Origin: Candidatus Latescibacterota bacterium
GTDB lineage: Bacteria; Latescibacterota; UBA2968; UBA8231
DNA length: 64,000 bases
Assembly (NCBI GenBank): GCA_965242865.1
Contig: CBDETK010000013.1
Span: 352,001-416,000, forward strand
Reading direction: 5' to 3'
The number at the start of each line of letters is the position of its first letter. Within the stretch, counting starts at the first letter, position 1. Both the position numbers and the translations under genes were made by a program. Shown one piece after another: positions 48,557 through 58,595 of the stretch. Under the pieces are notes generated by a model. It was given only the letters and a program-made list of their open reading frames with translations. It was not told the DNA's origin and did not search any database.

Positions 48557-50698
48557 TTACGGTAGCTTGGTCGTCTTTTTGGCTTCCACCCGGCCGTCCA
48601 TCTCGACGCGATAGATATACACGCCCGCGGCCACCGCCTTGCCTGTCTCGTCGCGCCCATCCCATACCAACCGATGGCTGCCTGCCCCCAGCGGCCCCTG
48701 CCACACCTGACGCACCCGACGACCCAACACGTCATGCACTCGCAACGACACCACCGCGTCCGTCGCCAAATCAAGGGGAATCACCACCGCCGGATTGAAC
48801 GGATTGGGATAGCTGTCGCCCAGCCGGTATTGCGCCGGCCGCGCATCCGCCGGCGTCAACACGACCGTCGCGGTCGAGGCCAGCGAACTCTTGAGCAGAT
48901 GCACACCGCCCAAGATCGGATCCAATACCACCAAATCCTCATCGCCGTCGCCATCCATATCCCCGGACAGCACGTGGGTCGCACTGCCCGTCAGCCGATG
49001 CCGCTCCCCGTCTTGGGTCGGATTGACGCTCCCGCCCCATTCGACGAACACCCCAAAGCCCGAAGCGCGGTCTCCGCCAATAAACACCCAGTCGTCGATC
49101 CCATCGGCGTTGAGATCGCGCATCAGCACCGGCGAGCGACGAAACAGCCGATCATCATACAGCACCGCTTCTGCGCCGCCAGTGCTCTGGCTCCGCCAGA
49201 CGAGCCCCTTGCTCCCTTCAAATTCATCGCGTGTGAGCTCGGTGAGTACATCCACCTGTCCATCGCCATCAAAATCGCCCACCCCTAACAGCGGCTTCCA
49301 AGCCTCATTGCCGACCCCTAACAGCGGCTTCCAAGCCTCGAATTCAAAGACCTCGTTCCGCTGAAACTCATCGCCCAAGGCACCCACCCCCCACGTGTTC
49401 GCCTGTCCGATAATCGGTATCCACACCACGTCGAGCACCCCATCGCCAGTAACGTCGCCAACCCGATGGGACGCATGGTGTTGAGCCGAGGCCACCTCCT
49501 CGGCCGTCCACATGCCCTGTTCCACATCCCAGACTTCTAAAGCGATGCGCCCATCGACGAATAATTCGACCCGACCATCGCCATCCCAATCCGCTGCACC
49601 CACGAGCCTTCGATCCTCGATTTGCACCAGCACCTCCACTTGGAGGTCCGGGCCGATAGACCACACTTCTACGGCCGATCCAGCATTGCTTACATACAGC
49701 GCGATTTCGTCTCGACCATCACCAGTCAAGTCCGCACCCAGTGCCTCTAAGGACACCCCGGAGACGGTCATCACGCCCGTTTCCGCATCGGTACTCGTCC
49801 CCCCTGCGATCGCTACTCCCTCTATGCGTCCCCGTTCCAAGACCCCGTGTCCGTCGTTGAGGGCCATCAGCCAGCCTACTCTAGACCCCGGCTGATCCAT
49901 TTTCCTGTATGGGGACCTCCAGATGGCGAACAGGTCTAGGTCGCCATCGCCCTCCAAGTCCGTCAAAATACCCTGCTGCTGTCCTCTAGAGACTCCGCCG
50001 TGCCCAATACCCGGCGCAATCGGATAGAACACTGGCGGCGCAAAAAGCCCCGCCGCATCCCAACGAAGATACTCTACCAGCGGCGGCGGTCGTTCCCCCT
50101 GTAGCAACTCTTCCACGCCGGTCAACTCGATCCAATCGATCTCGAACCACTCAACCGCATCGGACGCCGATTCAACTTCCGAATGATCCAAGTTAAAACC
50201 GAGCCGAATATCTTTTAACAGGCCCTCCCATCTCTTCTCGTCGCGACCGGCCAAGACAAGCACCACTTCCTGCCACTCGGTCGTATAGACTATGTCTTGT
50301 AGGAGGATTGCAAACGCACGATCCCAACCTCTGGGCAGGGCGTTGTGCTCACTGGTCCAAGCGACCGAAAAATTACCGATTGTAGGGCGGTGATGGACGG
50401 TGCGGCAGCGGATGCGAACGTGGTCGAACAGACTCGAATCATACCCGATAGTCGAAGAAATCAATTCGACCCTCGGCGTAGAGTAGTTCCCCTTGGTGAC
50501 GGCCGGATCGACCGCGATCCGCCACACGCTGTCTTCAACCATCCCCGGAAACTGGTGAAATTCACGCGAACCACCCCATATAGCAGCTTCTTTGGCAGAC
50601 CACCCTTGCGTCGTCCCATCGTCGAACTCCCACTTGATCGCCGTGGCGGGACCGTCCCACAGCACCACAGCGACGACAACGGCGAATAGCAACGTCAT
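48557..50698 (-). CDS. Secreted FG-GAP/VCBS + FlgD-Ig protein (paralogue 10, clade B)
   Basis: Same architecture; internal 33-bp duplication EAWKPLLGVGN-EAWKPLLGVGD at 49277-49339. Confidence 0.88.
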   Translation of the reverse strand: MTLLFAVVVAVVLWDGPATAIKWEFDDGTTQGWSAKEAAIWGGSREFHQFPGMVEDSVWRIAVDPAVTKGNYSTPRVELISSTIGYDSSLFDHVRIRCRTVHHRPTIGNFSVAWTSEHNALPRGWDRAFAILLQDIVYTTEWQEVVLVLAGRDEKRWEGLLKDIRLGFNLDHSEVESASDAVEWFEIDWIELTGVEELLQGERPPPLVEYLRWDAAGLFAPPVFYPIAPGIGHGGVSRGQQQGILTDLEGDGDLDLFAIWRSPYRKMDQPGSRVGWLMALNDGHGVLERGRIEGVAIAGGTSTDAETGVMTVSGVSLEALGADLTGDGRDEIALYVSNAGSAVEVWSIGPDLQVEVLVQIEDRRLVGAADWDGDGRVELFVDGRIALEVWDVEQGMWTAEEVASAQHHASHRVGDVTGDGVLDVVWIPIIGQANTWGVGALGDEFQRNEVFEFEAWKPLLGVGNEAWKPLLGVGDFDGDGQVDVLTELTRDEFEGSKGLVWRSQSTGGAEAVLYDDRLFRRSPVLMRDLNADGIDDWVFIGGDRASGFGVFVEWGGSVNPTQDGERHRLTGSATHVLSGDMDGDGDEDLVVLDPILGGVHLLKSSLASTATVVLTPADARPAQYRLGDSYPNPFNPAVVIPLDLATDAVVSLRVHDVLGRRVRQVWQGPLGAGSHRLVWDGRDETGKAVAAGVYIYRVEMDGRVEAKKTTKLP

Positions 50699-50792
50699 AG
50701 CCTAGCTCCTTTGCAATAATTTCAGCCCCAGTCCGGTATAGATGATTTAGGCGGTCTCATGCCGTCTCATCGGCTCGCGTTTCTACCACTTC

Positions 50793-53018
50793 TTACGGCA
50801 GCTTGGTCGTCTTTTTCGCTTCCACCCGGCCTTCGATTTCGACCCGATAGATGTACACCCCAGCGGCCACGGCCCTACCTTCCTCGTCGCGACCATCCCA
50901 TACCAACCGATGCTGACCCGCCCCCAGCGGCCTGTCCCACACCTGACGCACCCGACGACCTAACACGTCATGTACCGCCAGCGACACTTCCGCCGCGTCC
51001 GTCGCCAAATCAAGGGGAATCACCACCGCCGGATTGAACGGGTTGGGATAGCTGTTGCCGAGCCGGTATTGCGCCGGTTGCGCATCCGCTAGCATCTGCA
51101 CGGCCGTCGCCTGATCCGCGACCAAATTCTCGAGCACATACACCCCGTCGGCCGTATGCCCCTCCTCCGAAAGATGGCTCAACACGACCAAGTCCAGATC
51201 GCCATCGCCGTCCACATCTCCAGCCAGCACTTCGCTGCCATTGCCGACCAACCGATGCCGCTCCACTTCCTTCGCCGGATTAAGGCCCCCGCCCCACTCA
51301 ACGAACACCCCAAAGCCTGACGCCCGGTCGCCGCCGATGAACACCCAATCGTCCGCGCCATCGGCATTCAAGTCGCGCACCACCACCGGCGAGCGCAGCC
51401 ACAGCCGCTCGTCATACAGCACCGCCGATTCGACCCCTCCGCCGACTCCCGGTCGCTGCACCACTAGCCCCTTGACGCCTTCGCTTTGGACCCGTATGAA
51501 CGCCGTGAGCAAGTCCACCTGCCCATCGCCATCAAAATCGCCCACTCGCAAAACAGGGCCTGCCAGATAAACTTCATCAGACTCCGAGTATGATGTATCC
51601 ACCTCAAATTCCACATCGCCTACCTGTAAAACAGGCTTATACGCCTCGAACTCAACCAAATCGCCCCCCTGAAGATCGTTACCCAAACCAGCCACCACCC
51701 GCGGAGCTGCCTGTCCGGCGATGGGTTCCCACAGCACCTCCAGCACCCCATCGCCGGTAAAGTCGCCGATCTGGGAGGCCACATAGTTTTTGGAGACCGC
51801 CACCTCAGAGGACGACCACGCGCCGTTCTCTACATCCCAAACCTCCAACGTGCTGCCCTCAAGCGTCGTCTCTCCGACAAATAACTCAACATCCCCATCG
51901 CCATCCCAATCGGCCAAGTCCCGCAGCCAGCGAGCGGGGATTTCCGCGAGTACCTCGACTTGGAGTTCCGGCCCCACCGACCAAACCGCGGTCGCTAATT
52001 CACTCGTTCTAGAGAGCACGATCTCGTCGTGGCCATCGCCGGTCAAATCGCCGGCCAGCACCGCTAGGAGCACCCCTTCGATCGGCTCATCCGGGCCGGC
52101 CTCCACCGTGCTAACAACCTGCTCGGCGCGCACGGTCTTAAAGGCTCCCCTACCATCATTGAGGGCCATCACCCAGCCCGTTTTGGGGGTTGACTCGCTT
52201 ACTTTATAGTCCCAAACAGCGAACAGGTCTAAGTCGCCGTCTCCCTCCAAGTCCGTCAAGACGCCGACGTGATCTCTATGCGATCTTCCCCCGATGCCCG
52301 GGGTAATCGGATAGAAAACCGGCGGCGCAAAGTGCTTGGCCCCCTCAAAGCGGAAATACTCTACGTAAGGAGGGGCTAGTTCCCCCTGTAAGAGCTCTTC
52401 AACCCCGGTCAACTCGATCCAGTCGATCTCAAACTCTCTAACCACTTCGCTCACGGCCAAGGGAGGCTGAGTTATATCAGGTGCCTGCAAGACAAAACCC
52501 AGCCGAATATCCCGCAGTAGCCCCTCCCACATTTTCTCGCCTTGGCCGACGAGGGCGAACTCCACCTCCTGCCACTCGGTGGTGTAAACGAAGTCCCGTT
52601 GTCCCGGGAGCCTAAACCTGCCTCCGGCATCCCAACTTGGATTTGCCCCTGGATTTGTAAGGTTATACTCGTTCGTCCAAGTCAGCCAAAAAGAGCCTAA
52701 CGTAGGACTGCGATGGACCGTGCGAACCCGGGCTCGGACCCGATCAAAAAGCCCCGAATCGTAGCCTATGGTCGAAGAAACCACTTCGACTTTCGGCGCA
52801 GGATAGGCACTCGCGGGCACGGAGGGCAAGACATCGATCCGCCACACGCCGTCTTCAACCACCCCCGGGAATAAGTAAAACTCACCCGTCCCACCCCACG
52901 CAAGCGCTCTTTTGGCAGCCCACCCTTGCGTCGTCCCATCGTCGAACTCCCACCGAATCGCCGCGGCGGGACCGCTCCACAGCACAATACCGACGACAAC
53001 GGCCAATAGCAGCAGCAT
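50793..53018 (-). CDS. Secreted FG-GAP/VCBS + FlgD-Ig protein (paralogue 11, clade C)
   Basis: Clade C markers as in 43098..45323. Confidence 0.88.
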   Translation of the reverse strand: MLLLLAVVVGIVLWSGPAAAIRWEFDDGTTQGWAAKRALAWGGTGEFYLFPGVVEDGVWRIDVLPSVPASAYPAPKVEVVSSTIGYDSGLFDRVRARVRTVHRSPTLGSFWLTWTNEYNLTNPGANPSWDAGGRFRLPGQRDFVYTTEWQEVEFALVGQGEKMWEGLLRDIRLGFVLQAPDITQPPLAVSEVVREFEIDWIELTGVEELLQGELAPPYVEYFRFEGAKHFAPPVFYPITPGIGGRSHRDHVGVLTDLEGDGDLDLFAVWDYKVSESTPKTGWVMALNDGRGAFKTVRAEQVVSTVEAGPDEPIEGVLLAVLAGDLTGDGHDEIVLSRTSELATAVWSVGPELQVEVLAEIPARWLRDLADWDGDGDVELFVGETTLEGSTLEVWDVENGAWSSSEVAVSKNYVASQIGDFTGDGVLEVLWEPIAGQAAPRVVAGLGNDLQGGDLVEFEAYKPVLQVGDVEFEVDTSYSESDEVYLAGPVLRVGDFDGDGQVDLLTAFIRVQSEGVKGLVVQRPGVGGGVESAVLYDERLWLRSPVVVRDLNADGADDWVFIGGDRASGFGVFVEWGGGLNPAKEVERHRLVGNGSEVLAGDVDGDGDLDLVVLSHLSEEGHTADGVYVLENLVADQATAVQMLADAQPAQYRLGNSYPNPFNPAVVIPLDLATDAAEVSLAVHDVLGRRVRQVWDRPLGAGQHRLVWDGRDEEGRAVAAGVYIYRVEIEGRVEAKKTTKLP

Positions 53019-53076
53019 AGCCTAGCTCCTTGCAACAGGTAGAATTCCGGCAGATAGCATCTCTGGGAAGTTGAGA

Positions 53077-53116
53077 AGAGGAGCCCGGCTCAATCGTACG
53101 AGCGAGCCGGGCCTCT
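53077..53116 (-). terminator. Stem-loop downstream of peptide gene
   Basis: GCCCGGCTC...GAGCCGGGC. Confidence 0.55.
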
Positions 53117-53164
53117 TAGCCTGAGAAATGGCATTGTGGCTAGTTCTCGATAGCTAGTGTTGTC

Positions 53165-53443
53165 TCAGGGGCAGGAGGAAACGCAGTCGCAGATTGTATG
53201 AGTCTTTCTGCAATACGAGTCCCAGTAACTGGTGCATTCCCGGTACGGCGTTCTGGAGTTATAGTCCGCGCAGTCGGCGGAGTAGCCACAAGTGGTCTTG
53301 TCTTTGGGGCAAGCACCGGCTTCCTTGGCCCCGAGCAGGATGGTGATCCCCGTGAGAGCACTGATGACCCAACCGAGGGCCAAACCCTGCCGAGCCGGTG
53401 CCAACCCGCTCGACGACGCGAAAAACTCCCTCAAGTTCTGCAT
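53165..53443 (-). CDS. Cys-rich secreted peptide precursor (type III, 8 Cys)
   Basis: Conserved leader ending AKEAGA; core CPKDKTTC...CDCVSSCP. Confidence 0.85.
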   Translation of the reverse strand: MQNLREFFASSSGLAPARQGLALGWVISALTGITILLGAKEAGACPKDKTTCGYSADCADYNSRTPYRECTSYWDSYCRKTHTICDCVSSCP

Positions 53444-53582
53444 GATTCTCGTCTCCTACGTTGCCCAGTACGCCAGCGGCCCGATACCGCGATGGCACTG
53501 GAAGTGAGGGTTGAAAGACAGCCGATACGAGTTCGCGTCCCCTCCTTTCTTTTTAATCGGCCTTGCTTCTACGGATTATATA

Positions 53583-53598
53583 AGCAAATTGCGTGCCA
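53583..53598 (-). promoter_or_regulatory. Sigma-54 promoter, copy D
   Basis: TGGCACGCAATTTGCT. Confidence 0.88.
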
Positions 53599-53717
53599 AA
53601 AAGCAGGGCATGCACAAAAAAATCCTTTAGAATTGCCCTAAAGAATTGAAAATATGAGACTTAAAATAATGGAGGAGGCTTCTTATGAGCGGCAGCCTCA
53701 GCCCGTGGCGCAAGGCT

Positions 53718-53796
53718 TTACACGATTTTCCGTGGATTCTACACGATTTTCCGTGGACTGTACACGATTTTCCGTGGATTCTACGCGACTTTCCCT
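53718..53796. promoter_or_regulatory. Four 21-bp palindromic repeats, putative UAS, copy D
   Basis: Cores at 53721, 53742, 53763 and 53784. Confidence 0.7.
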
Positions 53797-53842
53797 TTGG
53801 GCTGTCGCGCCGCCAAGATAGGTGCTCGATGGCTGGAGTACG

Positions 53843-53980
53843 TAAGTACGCGGCACCTACTTTGATTCCGCCTTTTCTGGTATTCCCACCGCGTCTGGGA
53901 TCGAGGGCGTCCCGCCCTTGACGTGACGAGGGCAAGACGCCCTCGATCCTTAGGAAGGTGGGGGCTGATGTCGTGTAGTA
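53843..53980. mobile_element. MITE/REPIN-like element, copy 3 (co-duplicated with copy 2)
   Basis: Essentially identical to 46159..46296 at offset 7684. Confidence 0.55.
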
Positions 53981-54096
53981 AGGACCGGAAGTAATTCAGT
54001 ATCAGTATAATGGACGGTTAGATGGATGGTTAGGCTGTCTCATGCCGTTTCATCCTCGTTCGCGTCAAATAGCTCATAGCTCAAAAGACGGGCCGT

Positions 54097-56250
54097 TTAC
54101 GGCAGCTTGGTCGTCTTTTTCGCTTCCACCCGGCCTTCGATTTCGACGCGATAGATATACACCCCAGCGGCCACGTCTTTACCCGCCTCGTCGCGCCCAT
54201 CCCATACCAACCGATGGCTGCCCGCCCCCAGCGGCCCCTCCCACACCTGCCGCACCCGCCGACCCAACACGTCATGTACCCGTAGCGACACCGCCATCGC
54301 GTCCGTCGCCAAATCAAGGGGAATCACCACCGCCGGATTGAACGGGTTGGGATAGCTGTCGCCCAGCCGGTACTGCGCCGGCCGCGCATCCAGCGGCGTC
54401 AGCACAGCTGTCGCGGTCGAGGCCAGCGAACTCTTGAGAACATGCACACCGCCCAAGATCGGATCCAATACCACCAAATCCTCATCGCCGTCGCCATCCA
54501 TATCCCCGGACAGCACGTGGGTCGCACTGCCCGTCAGCCGGTGACGCTCCCCGTCTTGGGTCGGCTTGACACTCCCGCCCCACTCGACAAACACCCCAAA
54601 CCCCGACGCACGGTTGCCGCCGATAAACACCCAGTCGTCGATCCCATCGGCGTTGAGATCGCGCATCAGCACCGACGAGCGCAGAAACAGCCGATCATCA
54701 TACAGCACCGCCGATTCTACGCCGCCACCGGCGCTCCTGCTCTGCAAGGCCAAGCCCTTGAGACCTTCAATTTGATCCCTTATGAACCTCGTGAGTAAAT
54801 CCACCTGCCCATCGCCATCAAAATCGCCCACCTCTAACAGATCCTTCCACAACAGCCGGTTCCCTTCGTCGAATTCAAAGGACTCGCCAGTCTGCAACTC
54901 GTCGTCCAAAGGTCCCACAATCCACGTGTGCGACCGCCCGGCGATTGGTCCCCACAACGCATTGAGAACCCCATCGCCGGTAAAGTCGCCAATCCGACTA
55001 ACCACATGACGTTCGGCCACGGCCACCTCCTCGGCGGTCCACCCGCCCTGTTCGACCTCCCAGACCGCTAAAATGCTCCCTTCCAACGAAGACGATCCGA
55101 CAAATAATTCGGCCTTGCCATCGCCGTCCCAATCCGCCACATCCCCAAGCCAGCGATCCTCGATCTGCACGAGCACCTCGACTTGGAGGTCCGCCCCGAT
55201 AGACCACACTTCTACTACCTGCCCAGCATTGCTTACATACAGCGCGATTTCGTCTCGACCATCGCCGGTCAAGTCCGCACCCAGCATCTCTAAGGCGACC
55301 AAGGAGGCGGTCGTCCTGCCCGTTGCCGCATCGGTACTCGACTGCCCTGTGGCCGCTACTTCCTCTATGCGCTTGAGTTCCAAGACCCCGTATCCATCGT
55401 TGAGGGCCATCAGCCAGCCCACTTTATCCCCCGGCTGATTCTTTTGCTTTTGCCGAGCTTCCCAGACAGCAGACAGGTCTAAGTCGCCATCGCCATCCAA
55501 GTCCGTCAAGACGCCGCTGTGATCTCTATAAGACCTTCCCCCGATGCCCGGGGCAATCGGATAGAACACCGGCGGCGCAAAAAGCCCAACTCCATCCAAG
55601 CTAAGGAACTCTACGGGCGGCGGCGGCCGTTCTCCTTGTAATAGCTCTTCCACGCCGGTCAACTCGATCCAGTCGATCTCAAACCACCCAATCACCGCGT
55701 CTTGATCCTCGATGTCCAAGTTAAAACTGAGCTGAATATCTTTTAACAGGCCCTCCCATATCGTCTCGTCTGAACCCGCCAAGAAAAGCTCCACTTCCTG
55801 CCACTCGGTGGTATAGACTACCTCTTGGGGGAAGAAGAGCTTAAACCGGCTTCCAGACGGTGGCTCGGCTGGGTCCCAACCGGACGACAGGGCGTTGTGC
55901 TCGTTGGTCCACTCCATTGAAAACGTACCGATCGTCGGGCGGTCATGGACGGTGCGGAACCGGATGCGGACCCGGTCAAACAGGCTCGAATCGTACCCGA
56001 TAGTCGAAGAAATCACTTCGACACTCTGGCCAGAATAATTGCCTTTGACGACCGCGGGATCGACCGCGATCCGCCACACGCCGCCTTCAACCACCCCGGG
56101 AAACTGGTTAAATTCATACCAACTACCCCATACACCAGCTTCTTTGGCGGACCACCCTTGCGTCGTCCCATCGTCGAACTCCCACCGAATCGCCGCGGCG
56201 GGACCGTTCCATAGCGCAATACCGACGACAACGGCGAATAGCAGCAGCAT
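54097..56250 (-). CDS. Secreted FG-GAP/VCBS + FlgD-Ig protein (paralogue 12, clade B)
   Basis: Same architecture; KGNY and EEVAATGQSSTD markers. Confidence 0.88.
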   Translation of the reverse strand: MLLLFAVVVGIALWNGPAAAIRWEFDDGTTQGWSAKEAGVWGSWYEFNQFPGVVEGGVWRIAVDPAVVKGNYSGQSVEVISSTIGYDSSLFDRVRIRFRTVHDRPTIGTFSMEWTNEHNALSSGWDPAEPPSGSRFKLFFPQEVVYTTEWQEVELFLAGSDETIWEGLLKDIQLSFNLDIEDQDAVIGWFEIDWIELTGVEELLQGERPPPPVEFLSLDGVGLFAPPVFYPIAPGIGGRSYRDHSGVLTDLDGDGDLDLSAVWEARQKQKNQPGDKVGWLMALNDGYGVLELKRIEEVAATGQSSTDAATGRTTASLVALEMLGADLTGDGRDEIALYVSNAGQVVEVWSIGADLQVEVLVQIEDRWLGDVADWDGDGKAELFVGSSSLEGSILAVWEVEQGGWTAEEVAVAERHVVSRIGDFTGDGVLNALWGPIAGRSHTWIVGPLDDELQTGESFEFDEGNRLLWKDLLEVGDFDGDGQVDLLTRFIRDQIEGLKGLALQSRSAGGGVESAVLYDDRLFLRSSVLMRDLNADGIDDWVFIGGNRASGFGVFVEWGGSVKPTQDGERHRLTGSATHVLSGDMDGDGDEDLVVLDPILGGVHVLKSSLASTATAVLTPLDARPAQYRLGDSYPNPFNPAVVIPLDLATDAMAVSLRVHDVLGRRVRQVWEGPLGAGSHRLVWDGRDEAGKDVAAGVYIYRVEIEGRVEAKKTTKLP

Positions 56251-56288
56251 AGCCTATCTCCTTGCAATAGGCGAAAAAGAAGGTCCGC

Positions 56289-58433
56289 TTACGGCAGCTT
56301 GGTCGTCTTTTTCGCTTCCACCTGTCCGTCCATCTCGACGCGATAGATATACACGCCCGCGGCCACCGCCTTACCTGCCTCGTCGCGACCATCCCATACA
56401 AACCGATGGCTACCCGCCCTCAGCGGCCCCTCCCACACCTGCCGCACCCGACGACCCAACACGTCATGCACTCGCAACGACACCACCGCGTCCGTCGCCA
56501 AATCGAGGGGAATCACCACCGCCGGATTGAACGGGTTGGGATAGCTGTCGCCCAGCCGGTATTGCACCGGGTGCGCATCCGCTGGCGTCTGCACGACCGT
56601 CGCGGTCGAAGCCAGCGAACTCTTGAGGACATGCACACCGCCCAAGATCGGATCCAATACCACCAAATCCTCATCGCCATCGCCATCCATATCCCCAGAC
56701 AGCACGTGGGTCGCACTGCCCGTCAGCCGATGCCGCTCCCCTTCTTCGGTCGGCTTGACACTCCCGCCCCATTCGACGAACACCCCAAACCCCGAAGCGC
56801 GGTCTCCGCCGATAAACACCCAGTCGTCGATCCCATCGGCGTTGAGATCGCGCATCAGCACCGGCGAGCGTCGAAACAGCCGATCATCATACAACACCGC
56901 TTCTGCGCCGCCAGTACTCTGGCTCCGCCAGACGAGCCCCTTGCTCCCTTCAAATTCATCGCGTGTGAGCTCGGTGAGTACATCCACCTGTCCATCGCCA
57001 TCAAAATCGCCCACCCCTAACAGCGGCTTCCAGGCCTCATTGCCGACCCCTAACAGCGGCTTCCAAGCCTCGAATTCAAAGATCTCGTTTCGCTGAAACT
57101 CGTCGCCCAAGGCTTCCACACTCCACGTGTTCGCCTGCCCGATCTTCGGTATCCACACCACGTCGAGCACCCCATCGCCGGTAACGTCGCCAACCCGATG
57201 GGACACATGGTGTTGAGCCGAGGCCACCTCCTCGGCCGTCCACACACCTTGTTCCACATCCCAGACCTCTAACGCGGTGCGCCCCTTGACGAATAATTCG
57301 GCCTGACCATCGCCATCCCAATCCGCGGCATCCGTGATCCATCGATCTGCGATCTGCACGAGCACCTTGACTTGGAGGTCCGCCCCGATAGACCACACTT
57401 CGATTACCCTGCCCTCCCCGTCGCTTGCATACAGCGCGATTTCGTCGCGACCATTGCCGGTCAAGTCCGCACCAAGCACCCCTAAGGACACCCCGTAGAT
57501 GGTTATACTTCCGGTTGCCGCGTCGGTACTCGTCCCCCCTGCGGTCGCTACTTCCTCTACGCGCCCCCGTTCCAAGGCCCCGTGCCCGTCATTGAGAGCC
57601 ATCAGCCAGCCCACTTTAGCCCCCATCTTCCCCTTCCCACTTTGACGATACTCCCAGATGGCGAACAGATCTAAATCGCCATCGCCCTCCAAGTCCGTCA
57701 AGATACCCTCCTGCGCTCCTGCAAAGCCGTAGCCGGTCCCAATGCCCGGTGCAATCGGATAGAATATCGGCGGCGCAAAAAGCCCCGCCGCATCCCAGCG
57801 AAGGTACTCTACGGGGGGCGGTGACCGTTCCCCCTGTAGCAACTCTTCCACGCCGGTCAACTCGATCCAATCGATCTCAAACCACTCAACCACATCGGAC
57901 GCCGATTCAACTTCCGAACGATCGAGTGAAAAACTGAGCCGAATATCTTTTAACAGGCCCTCCCATCTCTTCTCGTCGCGACCTGCCAAGACAAGCACCT
58001 CTTCCTGCCACTCGGTGGTATAGACTATATCTTGGGCGAAAATTGTAAACGCGAAATCCCGACCTGACGGCAGGGCGTTGTGCTCACTGGTCCAAGCGAC
58101 CGAAAAATTACCGATTGTAGGGCGGTGATGGACGGTGCGGCAGCGGATGCGAACGTGGTCAAACAGACCCGAATCGTATCCGATGGTCGGCGAAATCAAT
58201 TCGACTGCCGGCTCGGAGTAGAACCCCTTGGTGACGGCCGGATCGACCGCGATCCGCCACACGCTGTCTTCAACCATCCCCGGAAACTGGTGAAATTCAC
58301 GCGAACCACCCCATATAGCAGCTTCTTTGGCAGACCACCCTTGCGTCGTCCCATCGTCGAACTCCCACTTGATCGCCGTGGCGGGATCGTCCCACAGCAC
58401 CACAGCGACGACAACGGCGAATAGCAACATCAT
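56289..58433 (-). CDS. Secreted FG-GAP/VCBS + FlgD-Ig protein (paralogue 13, clade B)
   Basis: Same architecture; shares the 33-bp duplication (57009-57071) with paralogue 10. Confidence 0.88.
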   Translation of the reverse strand: MMLLFAVVVAVVLWDDPATAIKWEFDDGTTQGWSAKEAAIWGGSREFHQFPGMVEDSVWRIAVDPAVTKGFYSEPAVELISPTIGYDSGLFDHVRIRCRTVHHRPTIGNFSVAWTSEHNALPSGRDFAFTIFAQDIVYTTEWQEEVLVLAGRDEKRWEGLLKDIRLSFSLDRSEVESASDVVEWFEIDWIELTGVEELLQGERSPPPVEYLRWDAAGLFAPPIFYPIAPGIGTGYGFAGAQEGILTDLEGDGDLDLFAIWEYRQSGKGKMGAKVGWLMALNDGHGALERGRVEEVATAGGTSTDAATGSITIYGVSLGVLGADLTGNGRDEIALYASDGEGRVIEVWSIGADLQVKVLVQIADRWITDAADWDGDGQAELFVKGRTALEVWDVEQGVWTAEEVASAQHHVSHRVGDVTGDGVLDVVWIPKIGQANTWSVEALGDEFQRNEIFEFEAWKPLLGVGNEAWKPLLGVGDFDGDGQVDVLTELTRDEFEGSKGLVWRSQSTGGAEAVLYDDRLFRRSPVLMRDLNADGIDDWVFIGGDRASGFGVFVEWGGSVKPTEEGERHRLTGSATHVLSGDMDGDGDEDLVVLDPILGGVHVLKSSLASTATVVQTPADAHPVQYRLGDSYPNPFNPAVVIPLDLATDAVVSLRVHDVLGRRVRQVWEGPLRAGSHRFVWDGRDEAGKAVAAGVYIYRVEMDGQVEAKKTTKLP

Positions 58434-58501
58434 AGCCTAGCTCCTTTGCAATAATGCAGCACCGGCAGATAGCGTCTTCGGAACGTTGAGAAGCGAGGCG
58501 G

Positions 58502-58534
58502 GAGCTGGCTCAATCGCGACGATTAAGCCAGCTC
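58502..58534 (-). terminator. Stem-loop downstream of peptide gene
   Basis: GAGCUGGCUUAAUCG-UCG-CGAUUGAGCCAGCUC. Confidence 0.6.
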
Positions 58535-58595
58535 ACTGCACACCTTAGCCTACCTCAGTAACACCCCTACAGCTTTGGTCAGTAGCTGTAGGGGT

